Origin: Candidatus Woesearchaeota archaeon | Lineage (GTDB): Archaea; Nanobdellota; Nanobdellia; Pacearchaeales; GW2011-AR1 | Length of the DNA stretch: 64,000 nucleotides | Reading direction: 5' to 3' | Assembly: GCA_964358765.1 (NCBI GenBank) | Contig: CAYHPN010000003.1 | Coordinates: 43,327 to 107,326 of the forward strand | Shown here: positions 57,639 through 64,000 of the stretch, piece by piece | Layout: every line of letters starts with the position of its first letter | Numbering within the stretch: position 1 is the stretch's first letter | Made by a program: the position numbers and the translations under genes | Notes under the pieces: model-generated | The model's database searches: none | Told to the model about the DNA's origin: nothing | Seen by the model: the letters and a program-made list of their open reading frames with translations, nothing else

Positions 57639-57780
57639 AATGCCCTTTCAGAGCAAAGTGCTTACGCACATTTAGTAATTTAGTTCAAAAGTAAATTTTG
57701 AATAAATTCTTATTTTAGACGAATTAAATTCGTTTAAAATAGCTATATTTCCATGGGAAATTATTTTCATTATAATTTAC
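57639..57780 (-). repeat. Intergenic repeat element, copy D
   Basis: The reverse complement reads taaattataatgaaaataatttcccatggaaatatagctatttt...aaattactaaatgtgcgtaagcac...gaaagggcatt. It is oriented toward, and about 120 nt upstream of, the acidic protein gene on the minus strand. Confidence 0.7.
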
Positions 57781-58224
57781 TATATATTATATAATATCTG
57801 TTAACAATTATTTGTAATAAATGGTATTCTCATTTACAACTGGAATATTGCTTAATTGTCTCAATGTGCTAAAGGATTTTATTGGCTCACCCATATTATT
57901 AATAAACTACATCTTTTGCAAAGGCTCAAAGTCTTAATATCTATAGTCAATTATAATAAAAATTAAGTTATTAACCTTAGTCAAGTTAGAAAAATTATTC
58001 TGTCGTAAGACGAATAGTTTTTCAGTCAAATTTCAAAATCCATTCTCTTTTCGTTCTAGATCAATTTTTAACTAAACAATCGTATTTCTTTTATGGATAA
58101 CTGCATTGTTTATGTGACAAATTCTCGGCAGTTGTCCATTAGAGGACTGTGTACAAAATATTATATAACCTACGCAGTTCCCTATAGCAAATGCGAAAAG
58201 ATATAAATAATCTCTTTAACATTA

Positions 58225-58776
58225 GTGAATATGAAAAAAGTTGCAAAAAAGAAGATTAAAAAAGCTCCTAGAAAAGTAAAGGCAAATTTTCCTAAACTTC
58301 CTAAAATAGAATTAGCAACTTTTGGTGGAGGTTGTTTCTGGCACGTCCAATTAGAGTTCTCTAAAATTCCAGGAGTAATAAAAACAGAGGCAGGTTATAT
58401 GGGAGGTAAAGACCGATTTCAAAATCCAACATATGAAGAAGTATGTACTGATAAAACAGGTCATGCAGAAGTAGTTCAAATTACTTTTGATCCTAAACTA
58501 GTTTCCTACTTCCAATTCTTAGAAGTATTCTTCAAAAACCATGATCCAACACAATTAAACAGACAAGGACCAGATGTCGGCTCACAATATCGTTCAATTA
58601 TTTTCTATAACTCGCCAAAGCAAAAAAAAGAAGCACAGGAATTTTTAAATCATTTTCAGCAAACTCTCTCCAAAAAAATAATGACTCTCATAGAACCTGC
58701 AAAACCTTTCTATATTGCGGAAGATTACCATCAAAATTACCTTGTAAAAAAAGGCTTGGATTCCTGCATGATTTAG
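58225..58776 (+). CDS. msrA: Peptide methionine sulfoxide reductase MsrA
   Basis: The catalytic motif FGGGCFWHVQLEFSKIPGVIKTEAGYMGG matches MsrA GCFWG...GV..T.VGYAGG. Confidence 0.85.
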   Translation: MNMKKVAKKKIKKAPRKVKANFPKLPKIELATFGGGCFWHVQLEFSKIPGVIKTEAGYMGGKDRFQNPTYEEVCTDKTGHAEVVQITFDPKLVSYFQFLEVFFKNHDPTQLNRQGPDVGSQYRSIIFYNSPKQKKEAQEFLNHFQQTLSKKIMTLIEPAKPFYIAEDYHQNYLVKKGLDSCMI

Positions 58777-58783
58777 TAAGCTT

Positions 58784-59074
58784 CTATGCTATAGATTCAT
58801 AAAATACGGGGCAAACATCCTGTGTGCCAAAATCTACTTGTCTCTTTAACCCTTTAAAATATGGTTTTCGAACATCATCATTAGGTAATCCTACAACTTC
58901 ATCAACAAAATCATATCTAGGAACAGATAATTGTTGGACAACTAATGTATCTCCCATTAAATTTGGCCTAGTAAATTCTATCATTAAATCTCTTGGATAT
59001 TTTTGAGCAGTAGCTAGACTAGCATCTACTCCAGTAAATACCCATCCATAAAAGCTATCATTTTGTTTATTCAT
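58784..59074 (-). CDS. Hypothetical protein
   Basis: 96 aa. No motif recognised. Confidence 0.3.
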   Translation of the reverse strand: MNKQNDSFYGWVFTGVDASLATAQKYPRDLMIEFTRPNLMGDTLVVQQLSVPRYDFVDEVVGLPNDDVRKPYFKGLKRQVDFGTQDVCPVFYESIA

Positions 59075-59210
59075 GTGTAAAAAACATATTCTTCCCTTTT
59101 AAACCTTTCCATTTGTTATTACTTTATAATAACACTTTTATCGAATAAATCTAGAAAGATCACTTCTTCAATCCAATAATCATTATAAGCAAGATTGGCT
59201 TTTAAACCTA

Positions 59211-60389
59211 ATGACATGTAAAATTTGTGGAGAAGAAGATTGTAAAAAGCACTCAATCTTATTTTCAAAAGCGAGAAGTATAACCGAGTTCTCTGGCTCC
59301 TCTCCTCCAGAAATTTTCGTTGGAAAATGGAATTATCCAAATGTTTATACGGGCATATTATCTCCAGAATCTCATGGAAATACAGAAATTCTTTCCTCTT
59401 CAGAATTATGGCATGAAAAGAAACTGCCAATCTCAAATATATTGAGTATGCGTAATCAATTAATTTATGGCCGTACCCAATCCAATATTTTTAAACCTAG
59501 ATCCCAGACAGATCAAAATAAATCAAAATTTCTTGAAACAATGCAAGAAGTAGCAATGACTGAAAAATCAATTTCTGCAGAATATAAATTAAAAAAACCT
59601 ATTTCTAAAAATGAAGAAAGAGAGTCGAGCGTACCTTTAATTTCAAATGCAGCGCAAGTAGAATCTATTCGTTTAGAAGAAAATCCTTCCGTTTTACCAA
59701 AAGTAGATTATCTAGTTAATGATACAGATGTTAAATCAACTCAGTCCTTGCAAGAACTCCATAAAGCAAATATTCCAACTTCCTCTTTAGTAAAACTTCT
59801 TTCCGCTGGTCTTTTAGGTCTAAAAAAGAACCGTAAATTAGTACCCACAAGATGGTCTATTACAGCAGTAGATGATACTTTATCAAAAAATATCCTTAGC
59901 AAAGTTAAGGCATTTCAGGAAATTTCAGATATTCTTGTGTTCCATGCAACTTATATTGGAAACAATTATAATTTCCTTCTCCTGCCCTCAGAATTTGCTT
60001 TCGAAGTGATTGAAATATCCCTCAAAAATATGTCTGTCTGGCATGATTCAGAAACTTTTTTCCCAAGAAAAAAATACGCAGATAGTGTAACAGGCGCATA
60101 TTACGCAAATCGTCTCGCCCTATGTGAATATTTAGAAAAAATTAATCGTCAAGCTTCCTGTCTTGTTATCAGAGAAATCCGTCAGGAATATTATGCCCCC
60201 TTAGGCGTGGGAATTCTAAGACAAATATCTAGGGAAGCTTTTCTAAATCAACCAAATAAATTCTCCACCTTACAAGAAGCTTTCCAAGACATCCAATCTC
60301 GTCTCAAGCAGCCAATAACAAATTACATCTCAAGATCTTTGTTATTAAAAAATCAAAAGACTCAGACTAAATTATCTAGATTTTTCTGA
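59211..60389 (+). CDS. NreA-like archaeal DNA-repair protein with an N-terminal Zn ribbon and a C-terminal PIP box
   Basis: The N-terminus is CKICGEEDCKKH...PPEIFVGKWNYPNVYTGILSP (NreA-type: CxxC then P.VFVGR.GYP.V..G). The last 8 residues QTKLSRFF fit the PCNA-interacting motif QxxLxxFF. Confidence 0.5.
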   Translation: MTCKICGEEDCKKHSILFSKARSITEFSGSSPPEIFVGKWNYPNVYTGILSPESHGNTEILSSSELWHEKKLPISNILSMRNQLIYGRTQSNIFKPRSQTDQNKSKFLETMQEVAMTEKSISAEYKLKKPISKNEERESSVPLISNAAQVESIRLEENPSVLPKVDYLVNDTDVKSTQSLQELHKANIPTSSLVKLLSAGLLGLKKNRKLVPTRWSITAVDDTLSKNILSKVKAFQEISDILVFHATYIGNNYNFLLLPSEFAFEVIEISLKNMSVWHDSETFFPRKKYADSVTGAYYANRLALCEYLEKINRQASCLVIREIRQEYYAPLGVGILRQISREAFLNQPNKFSTLQEAFQDIQSRLKQPITNYISRSLLLKNQKTQTKLSRFF

Positions 60390-60656
60390 ATATTCTTCCT
60401 TAAGAATGATATCTGCTTCTTGAATCAAAGTCAATATACTATTGACAGAATTTCTGCTCATCTTAAAATCTGTTGTTGGTGTTAACATTTCTCCAGAATG
60501 ATACTGTCTTCTGTAGGCAGAACATGCTATCTCCCTTACTCTATCAAATTTAACGGAAAATCCACATTCTATCTTTTCACAATAAAAGGACTTTGCCCTT
60601 GAATCATCAATAACTGATCTCATGGTATGGCATTTCGGACAATCATAATTACTCAT
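60372..60656 (-). CDS. Small zinc-ribbon protein, hypothetical
   Basis: CPKC...CEKIEC four-Cys N-terminus. It converges on, and overlaps by 18 nt, the NreA-like gene's end. Confidence 0.35.
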   Translation of the reverse strand: MSNYDCPKCHTMRSVIDDSRAKSFYCEKIECGFSVKFDRVREIACSAYRRQYHSGEMLTPTTDFKMSRNSVNSILTLIQEADIILKEEYSEKSR

Positions 60657-60713
60657 TATAAAAATAAACTAACATAGTTTAAAAACAATCATATTATACA
60701 AAATATAATTTAC

Positions 60714-61268
60714 TCAAGCATCTTTCTTTACAGCTTCGCGAATATTCTTATTGAGTTGCCTCATGCTTTCTTCAAGTTGTTCTTTATTCTTAGTTCCAGT
60801 ACAAACTAATTTTCCATTTGAGAACAATAAGAAAGTTGCAGTCGGATCAACTAGTTTATAAACAAGTCCAGGAAATTGTTCAGGTTCATATTCAGTGTTT
60901 TCAAGTTGCAAGGCTAAAATATTCAAATTCAAGCTTAAATCAATGCTTCCAGAAGCAACAATATTCTGTACAGTTATCTTCGGAACATCAGTTATTTTTA
61001 CTCCTATTTTTCCTATCTGTTTTATTACCTGCTGAATTACTTCTTTTACTTGCAATACGCTCTTTGTTCCAGTACACACTAAATTCCCGCTTGAAAATAC
61101 TAGTACTGCACTTTTAGGTTCTTTTATTCTTAAAACTAGTCCAGGAAATTGCTCAGGATTATATTCGGTATTGCTCTGTGTCCTTGCTAATTTAGTCAAT
61201 GAAACCGGCTTCCCTAAAGATGTAGTAGCAACGATATTCTGTATTTTAAGGTTAGATTTTTCTGCCAT
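60714..61268 (-). CDS. tbp: TATA-box binding protein
   Basis: Two direct repeats: NIVATTSLGKPVSLTKLA...EQFPGLVLRI...AVLVFSSGNLVCTGTKS and NIVASGSIDLSLNLNILA...EQFPGLVYKL...TFLLFSNGKLVCTGTKN. Confidence 0.9.
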   Translation of the reverse strand: MAEKSNLKIQNIVATTSLGKPVSLTKLARTQSNTEYNPEQFPGLVLRIKEPKSAVLVFSSGNLVCTGTKSVLQVKEVIQQVIKQIGKIGVKITDVPKITVQNIVASGSIDLSLNLNILALQLENTEYEPEQFPGLVYKLVDPTATFLLFSNGKLVCTGTKNKEQLEESMRQLNKNIREAVKKDA

Positions 61269-61335
61269 TTCTCTATCATTCTATTTATAAAGGAAATGCT
61301 TTATAAACCTTTCTTTATATTATGTTGTTAATTCA

Positions 61336-62259
61336 TTATTTACGAAGAGCCATTTCCTTTAATTCCTCATAAACATTTTTTCCTCTAGATATCATCTCAA
61401 TATCCTCTAAGGATTTTCTGCATGATTCAGGCACATCATTTAAAGATAATTTCATCCCTTTCAATTGGGACCTTAGCCAATCTTCATACTTTTGTTGAAT
61501 AAGTTCAGAATAATAGCCAATGCGTGTTTCTCCTTTTCCCATATCTAAAGTAATCTTGTCCTGCCACTCACTATCCTGAGGAAGACTCCCCTTAAGTTTA
61601 AACTCTTTGTTTATGTTAAAATTACGAAGACCTTTATAATAATCTATAAAAGTTGCATTTTCTCCTAAATCAAAAACCTCCCATGTAATATTTAATTCTC
61701 CTTTGGCCTGCCAGTTTCCTCCTCCAATAGCCCTAAGTCCATCTACGGGAACTAATTTTGTTTTTGCTTTTATAAGCTGTTTATTGCCTTTACCCCCATT
61801 CAAATAAAACCTAGAAGAATCAACTTCATTATATCCTTCATTTTTGAGAATATAAAAAAGATCAAGGTCTTGTTTTTCATTATGAGCAATTGGTAAATTG
61901 CATTTTCTTGACAAATCGAACAATCTGCTGATGTCATACATCCTTAAGTCTTCTCCTTCGCCGCAAAGAACTTTCGAAGTATATTGAGCGCTAAGACCAA
62001 CTTCAAAGGTAACAGCTTCCTTAAGACTTTGAATAGAAGGAGCTTTAGTCAGATCAAATTCAAGAATTTCTACTAATTCATTTGCCACATAGGTTTCTAG
62101 ATCAGTTTGAACACCTTTGCTTTTCCCTTGGACAAAGCCTGCCTCTTTAATAAGGAATTCAGCTCCAAAGAATTTACCTAAGCACTCCGCACATGCCTGT
62201 TCAATATCTTTTTTTCTTAATTCGCTTCGGATAAGATTCTTAACTGTATTTTCATCCAT
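61336..62259 (-). CDS. Hypothetical protein
   Basis: 307 aa. No motif recognised. Confidence 0.3.
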   Translation of the reverse strand: MDENTVKNLIRSELRKKDIEQACAECLGKFFGAEFLIKEAGFVQGKSKGVQTDLETYVANELVEILEFDLTKAPSIQSLKEAVTFEVGLSAQYTSKVLCGEGEDLRMYDISRLFDLSRKCNLPIAHNEKQDLDLFYILKNEGYNEVDSSRFYLNGGKGNKQLIKAKTKLVPVDGLRAIGGGNWQAKGELNITWEVFDLGENATFIDYYKGLRNFNINKEFKLKGSLPQDSEWQDKITLDMGKGETRIGYYSELIQQKYEDWLRSQLKGMKLSLNDVPESCRKSLEDIEMISRGKNVYEELKEMALRK

Positions 62260-62333
62260 TCAAAATCAAAAATTACGGCATTTAAGAAGATTGTGGCAAA
62301 AAAGGAGGATAAGCAAGTAGTAAAAATATAGAT

Positions 62334-64000
62334 TTATACATCCAGTTTAATAAATTTCTTTTCATCTTTCTTTCCTAGTTTTCCCACCTTTCCCACTTTC
62401 TTGTGATGCACATGTAAAAATCTGATTACAAAGAAAAGTAATGCCAATGAAAGAATAAAAATCAAGACAACACCTGATTTTTTACCTCCACCTCCAGATA
62501 TAGCTAAACCAGTTCCCCCAGTTGAAGAAGGCAAGAATATCTTCTTTTCCTTACTTATCAAAGAAAATCCATCCCCAAATTCAAATATTAAAACAAACTC
62601 TCCAAATGAATCTTTAGGCAATTTAAACTCAATATTTTCATTTCTATCTTCTTTTTTCAACAATTTTGTATTTGATTGTCCTTTATATCTTGTAATATTA
62701 TCTAAATCTCTCATCTCATAATTTATCAATATATCATGATCTTCTCCAGAATATTCTTTCAAATTATAGTTAACTTTCAAATTTCCTCCGTTTCTTTCAT
62801 ACTCTCCAATTTCTCCCTCAAAACTATTTCTATAAGCATTCACTATCATTGGAATACTATAGTTGCCCTCGTCGCATTCTATAATAACTTCGGAAAGATA
62901 TTCCCCAGGTTCTCCTTCATCAGGCACTTTGACTTCAATACTATAAACAAATTTTTCCCCTTCTCCTAATCCTTTCGTCTGTCCATTGCTTAGCCAGGAA
63001 CTTACCCCTCCATTAAATTTCAATTTGCACCCATTCAAAAACACATTTCCAGTGTTTATAATTTGTAAATTTGCTTTTCCGCTTGTGCCCTTTTTTAGAA
63101 TAATCTCATCTAAAAATTCCAAATTAAGTTTCACGAGTTGACTAGCATTTGCAGGTTTTAACACACCCGTACTTCCACCACCGCCACCTCCGCCACCTCC
63201 AGGAGTGCCTCCTGGCGTTCCTCCCCCTGTCGTTGAAACCGTAAAACTTGAATTTGTTGAATAAATATGTCCGACAGGATCTTCAACAAAAAAACTAAAA
63301 ACAAAATCAGCATCTAAAGTCACACTAAAGTTTGAACTCCCAGTAGCGCAATTAACTAAAGTATTGGGTATCTCAATATTGCTTCCCCTGTAAACTCTGT
63401 AATAGCACATAGTCGGACTAGTATCATTCACGCTGAATGAAATAGGCAAATTATTCCTTGTCGAATAGCTCCCTAAAGGAGAATTCAATGTAGCATTAGG
63501 AGAAATTGTATCTATATGAAAACTTTCATTCGATGTGATAGAAACATGTCCAAATGAGTCATTACAGCTGACACTCCAGATATAATCTCCGTCACTCAAA
63601 TTCAAAAAGAAACTATTCTCACTACCTGATGTAACCGAATTATCCGTTTGATTCAAAGAGAATATTCCATTGAAATTGCCCCATAATCCACAACTCCCCA
63701 AGTCTAAATCGCTGGCTTCATAAACGAATTCTAATTCCTCATTTTCCCCCAAATATTCCCCTACAGGAGAAACTAAAGATACCGTAGGGGCGCCAACCTG
63801 AATGCTGAAAGAGCTATTTGTCATCCCAAAATTTCCATAGCTATCATTTGCAAAAAGAAAAACAACATGACTGCCTTCACTGGTATTGAAAGTGGAATTT
63901 AGACACCCGGTTAAAGTCCGGTTTGCTCCATTATCAATATTATACCAGCAACTCTGTAGATTTGAGTCATTAACTGAGAAATTTAATGCTAAACTAACGT
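62334..64000 (-). CDS. Large surface (S-layer-like) protein with repeated Ig-like domains, a Gly/Thr/Pro linker and a C-terminal TM anchor; the 5' end lies beyond the window
   Basis: The reading frame stays open upstream of the track start (63824) to the window edge. It has repeated about 100-aa units rich in N-x-S/T sequons, GGTPGGTPGGGGGGGGGS, and the C-terminal TM VLIFILSLALLFFVIRFL plus a basic tail. Confidence 0.5.
   Translation of the reverse strand, partial: VSLALNFSVNDSNLQSCWYNIDNGANRTLTGCLNSTFNTSEGSHVVFLFANDSYGNFGMTNSSFSIQVGAPTVSLVSPVGEYLGENEELEFVYEASDLDLGSCGLWGNFNGIFSLNQTDNSVTSGSENSFFLNLSDGDYIWSVSCNDSFGHVSITSNESFHIDTISPNATLNSPLGSYSTRNNLPISFSVNDTSPTMCYYRVYRGSNIEIPNTLVNCATGSSNFSVTLDADFVFSFFVEDPVGHIYSTNSSFTVSTTGGGTPGGTPGGGGGGGGGSTGVLKPANASQLVKLNLEFLDEIILKKGTSGKANLQIINTGNVFLNGCKLKFNGGVSSWLSNGQTKGLGEGEKFVYSIEVKVPDEGEPGEYLSEVIIECDEGNYSIPMIVNAYRNSFEGEIGEYERNGGNLKVNYNLKEYSGEDHDILINYEMRDLDNITRYKGQSNTKLLKKEDRNENIEFKLPKDSFGEFVLIFEFGDGFSLISKEKKIFLPSSTGGTGLAISGGGGKKSGVVLIFILSLALLFFVIRFLHVHHKKVGKVGKLGKKDEKKFIKLDV

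Overview
This 64 kb window is AT-rich (about 30% GC by eye) and carries clear archaeal informational genes: TBP, Alba, ribosomal proteins S17e and L15e, MetRS, FtsZ, a type IA topoisomerase I with Zn ribbons, Hef/XPF, a RecJ-like DHH protein and an NreA-like protein. Many ORFs also have class III (prepilin-like) signal peptides, and there are tight gene overlaps and GGAGG Shine-Dalgarno sites. It looks like a small-genome DPANN-type archaeon. Two tRNAs are present: Met-CAU at 2511-2584 and Ala-GGC with a G3:U70 pair at 6600-6671. No rRNA or CRISPR array was seen. The most notable signals follow. (1) A previously unnamed 150-200 bp intergenic repeat family rich in hairpins has four full copies and one partial copy. 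Three copies lie in a fixed orientation just upstream of genes. One copy is inserted, with an apparent short target-site duplication, into a Ham1/RdgB ITPase gene and splits it. (2) A 7 kb operon of about 10 tandem genes encodes pilin-like proteins with class III signals, several with Cys-rich C-terminal domains. It includes an unannotated 55-aa mini-pilin, lies next to a FlaJ/TadC-like two-T2SSF-domain membrane platform gene, and no assembly ATPase is in the window. (3) A DNA-repair island has a Hef-type helicase and an XPF nuclease as separate genes with a GC-richer foreign-looking ORF between them, followed by a DinD-like gene. (4) Several bacterial- or phage-type genes sit in this archaeal context: a T4 endonuclease V-like pyrimidine dimer glycosylase next to tRNA-Met, a fused CoaD-CoaE, MnmA, MsrA, UppP and a DHCR24-like FAD oxidase. 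(5) The glycogen synthase is frameshifted inside a GA-rich tract. Every call comes from reading the sequence and ORF translations and recalling family motifs; no database search was run.
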